Positions 12,475-26,133 are shown, counted from the first letter of the stretch. The stretch is DNA of 64,000 bases from Antedon mediterranea (GCF_964355755.1 NC_092678.1:24507365-24571364), one strand, 5' to 3'. Notes: generated by a model not told the origin, from the letters alone. Translations and numbers: made by a program.

Positions 12475-14197
12475 GTCGAATTGTTATTACCGGAAGTTAG
12501 TAACCATGTCACTGGCTACGATTCTTGTTTTATAGAAAGAAAAAAAAACTGCTCGGTTGAGAGGATGATTTGTACGGTTGGTTATTAAGCGACAATAATT
12601 CAAACTGGTTGAGTGCGCGTGACGATTTGAAACCACGCCTCCTTTTCCCGCCACTCAACCGGATAAATCGAAATGAGTGTCTTCTTCGCGCATCAGTTTG
12701 ACGTGTGTTCCTCATCCATTCCTGCTTCAGCTTCGAACCATTAACTGTGTGCTGCTGTAGCTGTAGCCTTTAACGTGTTTTAGTTGCTACTGTGGATTTA
12801 TGTGCGTTAGGTAACAGTACACAGTCTAATAACATCGCTGTGGGAATTCGTTTGAACGGATCGTGTGCGTGGGGATGCTTAAATCTACAAACTCGAATTT
12901 ATGGAGTGTTTGACTAGAATTGTAATCTTATGTATCAATAATAAGTAAACGTTTGGCTATTTACAAAGAGAAGCATTGACAAGCTCCAAAAGCATTATAC
13001 TACCCCTTATACCTTGGGGTATGTTTTCTTACCAAACGCTTGAGCGGTACTTAAACTTTAAGCTTACACGCACGCTATTTATCCCTGCTCCCTTAGGATA
13101 TGCTTCTTATGAAATACCTTCCATTCTATACACGTCGTTTTGTACTTTATACAAGGTAATACCGTAATAATTTACTCTTTTAAAAACAAATCTGTTTTCA
13201 TTTTTCCTTTAGCACCGTGAAATCGTGTGTCTAAAAAAAACACCATCATCATGTTGAGTGTATTGAAAATATGGGCAATTAGCATAGCAGAGGCAAGTTT
13301 ACACTAAATAAAACAAGTTATATGTAGCTTAAAATCCCTTTTGACATTATTTAATGCACGCGCGCGTTAACTTTTGTGATTTGTTAACACTTTCTTGATA
13401 TAATGCTTTTATTTTTATCAGTAATTGTACGCGCGCGTTAACTTTTGTATTTCTTCAAATCTCTTTATATTATGATTATCTGTGATCATCGGCATTTGAA
13501 CGCGCGCGTTATCTCATCTTTGGTATCATCTCTCTTTTGATCCCGTGTCTATAGGCTACATAGTATATTACTTAACATCCATCCGAGACAAAAGTTGAAA
13601 TTGATGGAGGGCGCTATCACCATTTGAATTTATTTGCTAAATCCTGAGGCTGAATTTTCTGATATGGATAGCAGGTCTTTTCATGTCAAGTTCGTTAATT
13701 GTAAATTCAATAACATTATTTATAGTAATCAAATCAATTACTTAAAAGTGACGTTACTCTTTGACTATAGTGAGGGTGATTATACTTTTGCGTAAGAAAA
13801 TGATGTTTATTTTTGCAGGCTATGTACAGTAAAAACGTTAACAAATAAATCGTATCGTTTTACGGATTACTAGAATGATTGCTAAACGATGGGTCATTAA
13901 AATCAATACCCGTCTTGTGGTGGGCGGATTTTAAAATATCAATGAACGACGACGTAACTTAAATAAGGAGAATAGATGACGTATGCTTTTAATAATAATC
14001 TTAAAACCTGATCTTTAAGTAGTCTACTTAGATGTTATTATTTTTATCGTATCCTAATTTGAACTTACTGTTAACCGATATCGTGGTGGGTGAAACCGAT
14101 GTAATGTACACGTACGAGCAATGCATATACATGGTTTTTATTTTACATTCAAACAAGAATTATATATTGTTATTTTATATAAATCCAACGGCAAAAT

Positions 14198-14355
14198 ACT
14201 GGAAAAAATTACAATTGCTGTGGGTATCAGTGGCTTGATCTCAATAGAGATACAACATAAAATAAGCAAAAAGCTAAATCAAAACGATAAAGTAACACAG
14301 CCAGAAAAAATAGCAGAGCTTTCGGGCAACACTAGCCTTTTATCAGTTCAAGTGA
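14198..14355 (-). mobile_element. Penelope-like element terminal fragment with degenerate hammerhead motif
   Basis: Homologous to 22080-22228 and 41259-41595. Minus strand reads CTGATAAAAGGCTAGTGTTGCCCGAAAGCTCTG. Confidence 0.55.
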
Positions 14356-15254
14356 TTGATATTATACATACATAATATATAGGCCTACTTCGGCTTATTA
14401 TAAATAAACTTATGAAGTTCACTAAATAAGTAAACAAATAGAAAATGAAGCGGGGATACGATTGTATCATGATCAGTGTTGATATTTTACCTACGTTAAT
14501 ATTCTACGTCACGTATTTACGTCGGTATTTACGTAGCTCTCCTAGTCACATCGCACCACTACATTTTATATTTTCAGTTTTAACGTATCATGTCATTATA
14601 TGTTACGTTTGTATAAGTGATATCGTAAGAACGTTACATGTAGGCCTATGTGTATGTATAGCCGTTGACATCGTCCTATCCTCGTAATACACCGTGAATC
14701 TTGAACCTTTAACCTTTGCAGGCTTTTACATGAATTTAGGCTATACTCCTAATGCACGGTAACTCCCGATGATTAAACTGCACACTTAGGCTGACCTAGG
14801 ATTGCACAAGATAGCTAGCGTTATAACACTAGCATGTGATGACAGGCCGCATTAAACACTCGTTTCTATGCGAGGCCACGTTTGCGCCAATTACTATTCA
14901 AAAAGTCTGTAAAATTGCTGAATTAGCCAATAGGAACATCGTTTGAGCATCATGTGATCATTACATATTATCAACCATTAACATAACATTTTCATTCGAT
15001 TACTGTCTTTGTCCAGTAGAGTGGTTTCATAAATTATAAGTACGGTATCATTTCATATTTCTCTCTAACATTCTTACCAGTATATTTATTATTAATGAAA
15101 TATTCTTATTATTATTATTAATATTGTTAAATGAAATATTTTTATATATTATTATTATTGTTAATATTTTTGTATTATTATTATTCCAAAAATAAATAAA
15201 CTATATTGTAAAAAATATTTAAATAATTGCTGGTATTGTGGAAATTAAGGATAA

Positions 15255-15654
15255 AGGCCCATTTACACTAGGACGATAACGATCGACGATAAATAGACAA
15301 ATGTGCATTTTTCATACATAAAACAAAAGAAATATAAAAACTTTTCATTCTAGAACTATAGAATAACCTTCTATGCTTCCTTTGATGAAAATGATATTTT
15401 CACACGTCCAATCAAATGACGTCATGATTAGTAAGAGCAATAATATCGTGACAATACAACGATTTTATTGTTTTTATTTATCATGACGTCATTTGATTGG
15501 AATTTTAAAAATATTATTTTTATCAAAGACAGCATAAATGATTATCCTATAGTTCTAGAACGAAAACCTTTCTAATTTATTTTGTTTTATGTAAACAAAA
15601 TGCATGTTTATAATATTCATCGTCCATCGTTATCGTCCTAGTGTAAATGGGCCT
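15255..15654. mobile_element. MITE family B, ~400-bp foldback element
   Basis: AGGCCCATTTACACTAGGACGATAACGAT...ATCGTTATCGTCCTAGTGTAAATGGGCCT. The arms are imperfectly complementary over most of the length, with TA/TWA flanks. Confidence 0.85.
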
Positions 15655-16782
15655 TTAGCCTTTCAAATGATTTGAGTATTGTGAAAGGATAGGCCTATCA
15701 TCAATATCGTCACTATCATTTTCATCATTATCAAATCATAATCAATGACATCCTATTGTGTATCATTATCAACATTATTTAATCAAAATTAATTTATGGT
15801 TATTGATAACCTGATGACATCATGTAATCGTTATTATTATTCTATTTTCTGTAGTTTTATTCGCTTTATTGTGATTATTTTAAAATCTTTTTTTTTTCAG
15901 TAACACCACCACGCATTATTGTACGCACCACGCACTCGTACCACGCTTGCGCGCATCAGTTTGACGACGTCACACACTTTTATGAAGTAGTCGTGATGAT
16001 AATATTTTCAATAATATTCACAGCTATGAAATAATGCGGCATGTACGTCCACGTCGTCCAATTCCCAGTGGTGTTATAATCTCTTTGACATGATGAGAAC
16101 AAAGAAAGCCTTCTGCTGCTGATACTGCTGCAGCATACATAGGTAGATAAGGAAACTTCGTCTTTGGATTATGTACATCTGTCATGTACAACATTTGATA
16201 ATAAATGAATGTTAGTTTTTTGTATTATTATTTTATAAATTCCATGGATATTTTTAAGGTAACGAACGCGAACAATTATTGATAATCATGGCCACGCCCC
16301 TTTTAGGTACGCGCATTTTTCTATATCGATATTGAAAAGATAAATGAATAGTTATTGAAGATGATGGCGATTACACGGATAACTATGTTGACGATTATTG
16401 ATTATTGATCATTGATGCCATTGGTGTAACGATGATGCGCAGCTCGTAGGGTTAAGCACTATTCATCCATGTAGGCCTACTAGCTGTCCGCGGAGCACCA
16501 GCAATCTGGGATGGTAATCCGTCTCGCCGCTCTGGTCTCAAAATGTCGTCCCCCAGTCATCGAATCATATTTGTAAATAAGTCATAGTACTTAATGTGAA
16601 ATAAGTATGTTGGCTATGCTAAACTCGTAAGAAAACCTAATACTAATATAATGTCCCTAATCTGGGATACATTTAATATTTTTATTATAAAATAACTGTA
16701 CGGCTTACGGATTCACACACATGATAATAATTATCTCTTAATGATTTAATCATTATATATACAGTATATAATTCATACGTTA

Positions 16783-16928
16783 AGCTCTGTCTACACTATC
16801 AAACTAGTTTGACAAAAAAAGTGTGATGATGTAGGCTACCCAAATATGTTAGTGATATGGCATAATCATGTCATTATGAGCACATCACATATTTTTGTCA
16901 CATAAAGTTTGATAGTGTAGACAGAGCT
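16783..16928. mobile_element. MITE family C (PIF/Harbinger-type)
   Basis: TIR AGCTCTGTCTACACTATCAAAC / GTTTGATAGTGTAGACAGAGCT with a TTA TSD on both sides. Further copies lie at 52257 and 56593. Confidence 0.85.
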
Positions 16929-17780
16929 TTAAACAGATAACAATGAAAAGGTGTTGATTTATTTCACATGTATGAAATTATTTCATATTTCTAAAGTGCT
17001 GTATTAACTGGTGGTTGACACTTAATCGTTAAAAGCGGAAGAAGGTCACGTGACATTAAACCGTGGCCTTTCCGTTAATGCGTATTACATTGTCCCTGGA
17101 CGAGCTCTCTAGACGAGCTATTGCTCCTTTTAGCGGCCACCAATGTTAAGTGTCCGTAACACAACGAACAGTTGTTACACAACGCCTGCTTATTCGGTTT
17201 AACATCATATCTTAATTCATAAGCCATTTTTATTATGTTATTTCATATTGGTTTTAAACTTAAACTTAATCTACATTTCTTATATAAAAAAATAAATATA
17301 TAAAACTATCTATATTTATCAACTTATTAAATAGAATACAATTAAATAATTATAATAATTAATAAATCAATCATAATAATAGAAAAACAAATAGATTAGG
17401 CATATTATATACAGATTAAATTCGTTTACTATTTACAAATAATACGCATTTCGTCGTCAAGCATCACAAAGAGACGAATTAAACGCGCCGCGCGCAAAAT
17501 CATTTTCATCATCGTTTACACGCGCATTCGTAATATTCACTATAACAACCATGTTTTATATATTCATTTCAGAGAATATTTGATATATATTTAAACATTG
17601 TTAGAAGAATTTTGATATGGCTTCTATCAAGTCGAGATGATGAGGCAGAAACCGAGGTGCAATTTGATGTCAACTTTGAATGTCTTGATGATGTTACCGT
17701 TTCCATAAATCTTTTACACCCGATGTTCGATCAAATCCATGTTAAGTTTTCAATTTCTGTTCACTATTTTTCATCGTCGT

Positions 17781-19052
17781 TCATGATTTCTTAGGACTTT
17801 CTGACTTAGTTGAAAATGACACGTAGTTGGACTGCAGCAACTGGTGCTTCTTGTAGCCGTTTTTGCGGCACGTTTCAGGCAACTTAGTCGGTATATTTCG
17901 GTGCGGCAAATCACCCGCAATCATTGAACAAATATTCTTAACTTTGTTTGACGTTAAAATGTTGATAACCTCGTACTTTGAATGTCTATACGAAACAATT
18001 CCTGCGATGATGTTACCAGACCTAATGGTGTTCATGAATACAGCTGAGCCGGAGCTGCCCAGTTCCGAGTTGCATTTGGTTATCAATCGGTTGCCGGCTT
18101 CCAAGAAGCCGTTTTTTGGAACCTTACAAGTAGTCTTTTTCGGTAAAAATCTGCGTCCACTTCGGAATGGATAGCAAGTGTACGAGACATGTGTAGCGAT
18201 GCCGTCCTTAAATGTCCCCATCCCAAATTTCACGTTGTCCGTAGATAACACAGGACGATTTTTCGTCGATAATGTCAGAATCGCATAATCGTAATTTTTC
18301 CAGCCTGAGGACGACGAGCGAAGCCATCCCGTAGGTACGCGCGCAGTCGTGATGTTGTAGATGATAAAACGAATCTTACTAGGCATGTTATTAACAGTTG
18401 TAACTCGCATATTGTTATTCCGTAAATGTACTGAAAAGTTTTTGCCATCGTGAATACAGTGAGCAGCAGTAAGAACATGTTGATTGTCCAGTAAATAGCC
18501 CATGCATCCCGGCGATTTGAAAATAGATGCCCCAACACGTACAGCGTTTTTGTACGGACTTTTCCTCAGTGTGGTTATGTTCAAATTAACGTGTTTTACT
18601 TTTTGGTCCTGAGAAGAACCTTGCCTGGACCGCAATTTGCGGTGGTGTCTACGTCCGCTCTTTGGTCTGTTTGTATGTGTGTCTGTTTTACTACGTTTCC
18701 GCCTTCTGGATATCCTGCAAAATCCTCCAGAGCTGTTGGTATGCTCCATGTGCTCATTTATCAGACTACCAGCGAACAATTCTTCCAATTTATTTTCTGT
18801 TTCCCGGTCATCGACGGGCAATTTGTCGAGTTTTCTCATCTGAATAAGAATATTTTGTGACTTTTTCCCAGAAAGTTGTGTCTCAGAGCTTACGTTTACA
18901 GAATGTGGATATTCCCGAAATGTTGCTACTGTTGATCCTCCAATAAAACATGGAGCTACACAAAGCAAAACCAACATGATGGAGTAATGCACAACAGACA
19001 TAATGATGAGTATTTCGCGCCAAAATATATGTTGTCTGCTGATAGTGATCAT
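17781..19052 (-). CDS. Secreted serine protease, PRSS23/PRSS35-like (paralog 2), intronless CDS
   Basis: First ATG at 19052; ATG 19001 gives a cleaner signal peptide, MSVVHYSIMLVLLCVAPCFIGG. Furin site RRRKR; HVLTAAHC, YDYAILTL and CNSELGSSGSAV triad motifs. Shares PYKNxVRV, NICSMIA, KLPxxC and SNYVS with paralog 1. Confidence 0.9.
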   Translation of the reverse strand: MITISRQHIFWREILIIMSVVHYSIMLVLLCVAPCFIGGSTVATFREYPHSVNVSSETQLSGKKSQNILIQMRKLDKLPVDDRETENKLEELFAGSLINEHMEHTNSSGGFCRISRRRKRSKTDTHTNRPKSGRRHHRKLRSRQGSSQDQKVKHVNLNITTLRKSPYKNAVRVGASIFKSPGCMGYLLDNQHVLTAAHCIHDGKNFSVHLRNNNMRVTTVNNMPSKIRFIIYNITTARVPTGWLRSSSSGWKNYDYAILTLSTKNRPVLSTDNVKFGMGTFKDGIATHVSYTCYPFRSGRRFLPKKTTCKVPKNGFLEAGNRLITKCNSELGSSGSAVFMNTIRSGNIIAGIVSYRHSKYEVINILTSNKVKNICSMIAGDLPHRNIPTKLPETCRKNGYKKHQLLQSNYVSFSTKSESPKKS

Positions 19053-19759
19053 TAGTAGTAGCACTTAGGCTGAACGTCGGAACGTATATAGCCTGCTACA
19101 GTTTAGCGTGTAGCTTATTATTACAAAAGCATCGCTTGTAAGATGTCGTTGATTGGAGGTCTAAGCCTTACGGACCCGCGAGATTTGACTATGATTTATG
19201 TGAAAAAACACAGTGACTGTAATGTAATATTTAAACCACGCCTGCTTTAGTTTTAAAAAGCACTCAGGAAATCCGTACTACCTGCGGCGGCGGAGGTATA
19301 CGTACCTCGCCGTAACAAACATTAAACGCAATTTATAAAAATCATAATTTCTAGTTTTGTGCAATTTATAACTTGTAGCGGACATTGGCACTAAGGTATT
19401 ATTCCACTATTACAACCTCGCGTGACAAGATACAATTACTTTCGTTAGGTGTAATAACCATCATCAAAATGAATAATAGATATTGAGATAAATAAAGATA
19501 ACAAAGATACTTTGTGCTTATGTAGTACTTGAGGATGTTGACGATGCTTAATTCGTCGCAAATGAATATTATAGCAGTATAATATAACTAATACAGGATG
19601 CTATCAATTTGGATGAAAATCACAACACATCTTCATAAAATTAAGATCTGAAAAGTACAGTTAACGTTCTGTAGATGGTCCCTTTGATAGTGACACCTCT
19701 TCCTTTTTTTGGGTTGTAGCGGTTTAAGTCAAATGTACTACTCGGTGCACTTTACTGGT

Positions 19760-20042
19760 AGTGCATCCAATTACTGCGGTACTACTTGTACTTTACTGTG
19801 TAAGTGCGTACATTTAGTGTGCGTACTATTATCGGTACTGTTAAAGTGCGTACAATTATGTGTGCGTACTTTACTGTTAAAAGTGCGTACAGTTAGGTGT
19901 GCATACTTTACTGTTAAAGCGCGTACAATTATGTGTGCGTACTTTAGTGTTAAAGTGCGTACAATTATGTGTGCGTACTACTGTTAAAGTGCGTACAATT
20001 ATGTGTGCGTACTTTACTGGTAAAGTGCGTACAATTAGTGTG
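19760..20042. repeat. ~33-36-bp imperfect tandem repeat (AAAGTGCGTACAATTATGTGTGCGTACTTTACTGTT)
   Basis: Direct repetition, ~8 copies. Confidence 0.9.
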
Positions 20043-22079
20043 TAGACATGTTATTACGTCACTGTTAATAAAAGTGCATTTCTCTATTTTAAGGAATAAT
20101 GTACAGTAGGCCTATAGATAGATTGTGGTCAGAATTTGTAGTGATAGGCAGCAGCCAATTTGAATTGTAAATTTAAAATTCACTTTGCTTTAGTAGTAAA
20201 ATGTGTTTTTCTTCGAAAAGCATCGTATAGACGCTTTTAATTCCGGCTGTTGCTCTATCTTCCAAGAATCAAATCCGTTGAGAGTAGGTAGAATTTATAC
20301 GGCAATATTGCTAATGCCTAAGAATTTTCATAAAGTGGAAAATGGAAAGACGAATTGCCGTCTTACTTCTCATTTATTCGGGGTTAACCAATCACCGTTC
20401 AACTTGTACAATTAATTAAATGCTTATATTACGTGTACTTTTTGAACAATTTACCGTCTTTTTCTTCGTATGTTGAGTAATACAAGACAATTCCATCAAC
20501 GTGCGACAGGTTGGAAAGAAGACGAAGAAGAAATCAACCATTTAAATACAATACAACATGACCAGCTGCAGCATGCCGGCGAACACGGCCTAAAAAAACA
20601 ACATAATTTAAGCCTGTACACGTCACGCGCGTACAAAAATTGGTATCAGCATTTAAAATAATTACACGCACGCATATCATAATATGAACTCACGCATTTC
20701 AAGATGCGCGTTCTCTTCGTGTTCAGATCATAATAAACAGGTCCAGGGCGAGGTTGACATTTTCCGCTTTAATGATTTGACAATTGATTAAAGCTTCTAG
20801 GAATAGTTATTAATTTATACTAAAAAAACAAATATTTCGTAGAAAGTCATGACAAATAACCCAGAATACATGAAATATTAGGCTCCATTTATCAACATTT
20901 ATACTGGAATATTTCGAAACTAGAACCACGAGCATGTTGTTTTGTAAATTTTAATGAAAATCGCTTGAAAGCAAATCAATATAGTTCAAAACAAACCTAA
21001 ATTATTATTATATGAAGCAGCGTACATCAAAGTAGTTATAAGAAGGGGAAATTCTTGTGTATCATCATCAGGGCGAACCGCCGGTCTACTTGCGTGCACG
21101 CGCACTTACGCAACATAGTGGTTCGCCATAAGGTTTGCGTATTTCAATAAAAACTTTTGTTTAAAAGTTCACGTCTAAGATGCATTTTAAAAGAAAACTG
21201 TGACATACCGTAACTTATAAGTTTGAGCATTTTTATTTTGTCTTTGTTCAAATTCCCCCTCCGCCTTAACGCCTCCTCGATCTCTGGAATTTACCGATTT
21301 TCAACAATTTTATAGATTAAAAAATTAAAAACCACTTTACTTCGTAGTAATGATTTACGTACAAAAGTATTATAACGCAAATCAAAAAATCGGCTTCTTT
21401 AATTTTTGATTGTAAGCGTTTTTTATGTGACTGCCTTGAGGGCGCCATGGGTGTTGTGTTTGTCGAGAGATTGAAATAACAGCAACATCTACAAGAGAAA
21501 TAAAATAAATAGAAAATATGTCAGAAAGCTATTAGCAGAAAACATAACATTGACAGTTATTCATTAAAAAGTTATTCATTTAAAATGTTATTTAGTTAAG
21601 AAAAACAACTATCTTGTGGTATCGCACAAAATAAGTCTAGCGCCCTCTACAATTATTGCGTTAGTTTCTCTTGCGGACAAGAACGAATATACATACACAA
21701 TAATGTATTGAATTGCGATATCTGCTATTAATCGCCATTTATCACATTTTATATTTGGCATAAAATTTGTGTTTAGAATTTCATATATCTGCCATTTTTA
21801 ACAAAAAGTGAGTTGTCTTAAGAGAACTTAAGTCTGTCTCAAAAGTTTAGGATCACTGAACTTTTCGAAAATCAAATGTTTTTTTGTAAGCGATATTTTA
21901 ATTTTTATATAGTAAGCCTAATACTACATGTGGTATTTCAGTCATTAAATGTTCATTTTATTATGCCTACATTTTGAAGTCGCATCGACGACGACCAGTT
22001 GATTTTTCCAGGAAAATGTAATCATATCTAAAGCATAGAACTTGCCAGTTCTTATTCTAGGACGTTTTCCAAATTCCTT

Positions 22080-22228
22080 CACTTGCACTGATGAAGGGTT
22101 AGTGTGGCCTGAAAGCTCTGTTAACTTTTCTGGCTGTCTACTTTATCGTTTTGATTTAGCTTTTCGCTTTTTTTTGTATCTCCATTGAGATCCAGCCACT
22201 GATTTTTTTAGTAATTTGCCTTTGGATT
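22080..22228 (+). mobile_element. Penelope-like element terminal fragment
   Basis: Dispersed repeat (3 copies in the window) that begins with a hammerhead core. Confidence 0.6.
22085..22121 (+). ncRNA. Minimal type I hammerhead ribozyme motif (Penelope-type)
   Basis: GCA-CTGATGA-AGGGTTAGTGTGGCCT-GAAA-GCTC-TGT: conserved CUGAUGA and GAAA cores, a palindromic AGCU helix III, and a short helix I (GCA/UGU). Confidence 0.55.
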
Positions 22229-23255
22229 ATATATATATATATTTATATAATTCATTTTAAATTGTCCATAATAGCTTTTGAATTATGTAGATATTATTAC
22301 TATATTAATGTAGACATTATTCAATCCTCCATTCCGACAACTACAATTAGATCAATTAATATTCACTATGAAACGAAGAAATTCCATTCTCAGGTCGTGT
22401 TGCTAGGTTACGGAAATCACTGACTGATGACGTCATAGCTCTGTTGAGTTTAGACGTGTGTGAAAGAAGGTCTATAGTTGTACGAGCAGGTGATGTGCCG
22501 TAGATGAAGTGTACTCACTCGATTGATGTTGCCGATACGTAGGTGAGTTCGTTGTGTGTATAGTGTACGTATACGTCGTCGTTGGAAAGGGATCGCGCCG
22601 CCGGCCTTGGGGGCGCCATTGTTGGGACGTGTCCACACACTAGTATTGGGGTAATGTTACTTTCGTAATTACATTGTACGTTATGCTATTAAATATAGAT
22701 GTTTGGCTTTAGTGTATACATTTAGTAATTTTATGTAGTAAACGATTATTTCAAGGGTCAAGATTGTTTGTTCAAGTGTAGAAATCAATGAAGACTAGTA
22801 AATGGATAGGTTTAGGATGGTAGTAGGCCTAATAAAGCTTTGATATAAGATGATGACGCAGAGGAGGAGATGCTGGTGGCGGTGGGGTGCTGAGGATGAA
22901 TTGTAATTTGATGATGGATGGATGAGAAAACAGTGGTAGCGGTTTATTGTTGTATTAAAGAGTGAACATTATATATATAAATATATAATATATTGTTCTT
23001 TGCCTGATTTGTTTATATATATATAATATTTATATATATTATAATGTATATAAATATTTAATTCTGCATAATAATGAATAGATTGATAAATTGTATTTCG
23101 AATATTTTGCTCACGTTTTTGGCCGGTACATAATTGAGTATGTAGCGTGCACTGCATCCTTGTTGGATCACAGTCGACATACAGATATCATTTTGATATG
23201 TTAATCATTGGTTCTAGTTGATTAACATGCCCATGACCCAATCGACGTTGTATAA

Positions 23256-23400
23256 AGCGCGGTTCACACTAGGGCGCAACGCAAGGACGTAACGTTGACC
23301 AATCACACGCGATGGATTATTCAAACAATGGCTTGTCACTGGTCAACTCGTTTGCGTTGCGCGTACATCCTTGAGTTGCGTCTCTAGTGGGAACCACGCT
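23256..23400. mobile_element. MITE family A (PIF/Harbinger-type), full copy
   Basis: AGCGCGGTTCACACTAG...CTAGTGGGAACCACGCT flanked by TAA on both sides (23253-23255, 23401-23403). Confidence 0.85.
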
Positions 23401-26032
23401 TAAGACGCACAAAAGGACGTACGCGCAAGTAATTTGTCGAGCGATGAATTAATATTTGAACTGTCGCTTGTGATTGGTCAACTTGCTTGCGATGTTCTTA
23501 CTTCATCGCGAACATACTGATGGTTTAGTTTGGCCTACAGAAGGTCTCACAACGCTCATAGATATATGTGTTGAAATATATGAAATGCTAATTTCTATTG
23601 TGTGGCGCCAGTTCAGCAATTATGGAGATGCGTATAACAATTGCAATTATGCTAAGGACTTAAGCTCCTTTGATTCAATTAAGATATAATAGCGTAGCTG
23701 TAGTAAATTTGTAGCACACTTAACGAGAATAGACAGATTACAGTTGTAGGCCTACTCAGTAAACATGCCTCGCGAAAGTGTGTAGTATTCGTGCAACACT
23801 CGAGAGCCTTCTGAATAATTTATAAAATATGAACTATACCAACCAATAGGCCCTATAGTATTTAATTCAACCAAACAAAAAACACAAAAAGCTATCGTCA
23901 TTTGAACCCGTGCGCGCGCGTTAATTGGGTGACGACAAATTGCCGAAATATTTTCTAGGTATACAAGATTTGCTAGGCAATAACCATCAATATCGTCATA
24001 CATATGTCACTATGATTTACGAAATAATTAACTTTGAATTAACAGGAGCCGTGCGTATGACGTGTTCTTTTACACACATTCAATCTCAATAAATTTAAAC
24101 ATGAATGAAAGATTAAACGCGTTATAGAAGTGTATATCACCCTAGAGAATACTTTAACCCCATTCTTCAACTTGTCAATCGAATAGTATGGAACGCAAAA
24201 AAGGACAAAATTGTTTGAGTTTGCGCCATAAGGATTGATTCTTACTAGGACGTACGCGCAACGCAAGTGAGTTGGCCAATCACAAGAGACGTTACGTTAC
24301 GTCCTTGCGTCATTTTATAGGAAACGAGTATAATAAATGTTTTGCAGTAGGCCTACTCTGCGCACCTTCTGTTCTTACGTACGTATGGCGCGCCAAGCTG
24401 TCATTTATTCGGAAATAAATATATCTTAGATTCAACTCCATATACGTACGCTTGGATTTTTCATTAGCTTGTCCATTTAGCGTTTCATACAAAATATATA
24501 ATAAAATGAACTAATCAACTCCGCAGGCTAATTTAAATAGAAGGTTAAAAGTGCATTGAACGCGGGTGGTATATTCGTTACTTAACGTACGAGGCCTACA
24601 CGTCTTCTTAATTGCATCCGTAAATTTGTTTACGGGCAATTTTCGTGACTTTTTAACGTATTCTTCTCAATACACTTAAAAAAATCACGTAAAACCATGT
24701 AACGCTTTCTGTCGCTTTAACTTTTGACCTTACATGTATGCTGTTACGTAATACACTCGGTTACTGTGAAAAGCAAAATGGATTCAAATTAAATTTGACA
24801 TAGTATGTGCGGTCGTTCACAATATTATTGATTTCTGAAAATAAAATATACTATACGATAAAATAATATGAGAAAAACCTACCGGCTACAAACAAGCCAT
24901 GAACAAGATAGAAGATGCTACCGGTACTGAATATGCACGTTAATTTTCTAGACAGCAGAATTTTGTTGCCTAGATTAAAAATGATCACATTTGGTTTTCT
25001 TTTACAAGATGGTCGTCGTGTAACATTAGCTAATTTCAAAGTCTGTTTATGAGAGATATTTGTTGTTACGTACACTGTGTATATAGCAATTACCTATGCT
25101 TAACATAACCATATTTCTGAAATTACATCGCGTTCTTTTGGGATCATTGCTTTCAAACTAGTTACCTGGTTGCCATGGTTATCTCGTTATTTTGTGCGCG
25201 TTTTATTAGTTGACGACTCTCTGTGGATGTTTTCAAATATTGCAATTTGTATAGTTCTCGTATGGCAACGAATTTAATGTTATAGTATTTCAGATTTGTT
25301 TTTATATTCGCAGATTCATCTATCCGCCTCCTTCATCTACCGTTCCCATGCTAAACAAAATGAAATAAGACGCTGTATGTAAACACGCGTGTTCAAATAT
25401 TGATGACAATTGTATACGGCTTTTGCACGCGCGCGTCGTGTTCTATCTAGTAAGTGTAAATTTAAATATAACTTTTCAGAATATGGTAAAAAATATTCAC
25501 GTAAGGCCTATATACACAAATCGCTTATATATAACGAGAACCAATTTATACTATTTCATGATGATATGCATTTTGTAATAAATTGCTTACGACTTTTAAA
25601 TGTATCCACGTAAAATGTGAAAGAAGTAATTCGACGGCATACAGAAAAATATTTCACAACAACTGACACTATAACTTACACGAGGTTAACAAGGAAAGCT
25701 CGCCGTATGTATTTCTTGTGGTTTTAGTGTAAATTCTAAAATAACGAAATATTCATTTAAAAGCCTGATTACGACGTTTACATTTAATGTTTTCGATGAA
25801 CGTCACAAACAGCCACGTCACGTCACGTCAGGGAACAAAATTGATGTTGTTTATTCCTAATCATTGATGATGGTTGTAAAATATTACTGATGATCTCGGC
25901 AATTAATCAATCAGATTCCAACTGACGTTTCTTGCGTATTATTCCTTTGCGCGTGATAATATTATTAGGCTAGCCAAGGTGGTGGTAATTTTGGGATGGA
26001 TGTAGAAATCGGTACTTTTACATACTTTGTTT

Positions 26033-26133
26033 GCGTGGTTCCTATTAGCGACGCAACGCAAGCGAGTTGACCAATGACAAGCCACTGTTCGAATAATCCA
26101 TTGCGTTGCGTCGTCGCTCGTGGGAACCAAGCT
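26033..26133. mobile_element. MITE family A, internally deleted copy
   Basis: GCGTGGTTCCTATTAGCGACGCAACGCAAG...GTGGGAACCAAGCT. Confidence 0.75.

Noticed and set aside
11095-18860. Several plus-strand ORFs overlapping the protease genes
   Set aside because: Antisense shadows of the real minus-strand CDSs.
10965-19052. Horizontal transfer of bacterial V8-like proteases, suggested by the lack of introns
   Set aside because: An intronless CDS and these motifs are normal for the animal PRSS23/PRSS35 family, and eukaryotic signal peptides and furin sites are present.
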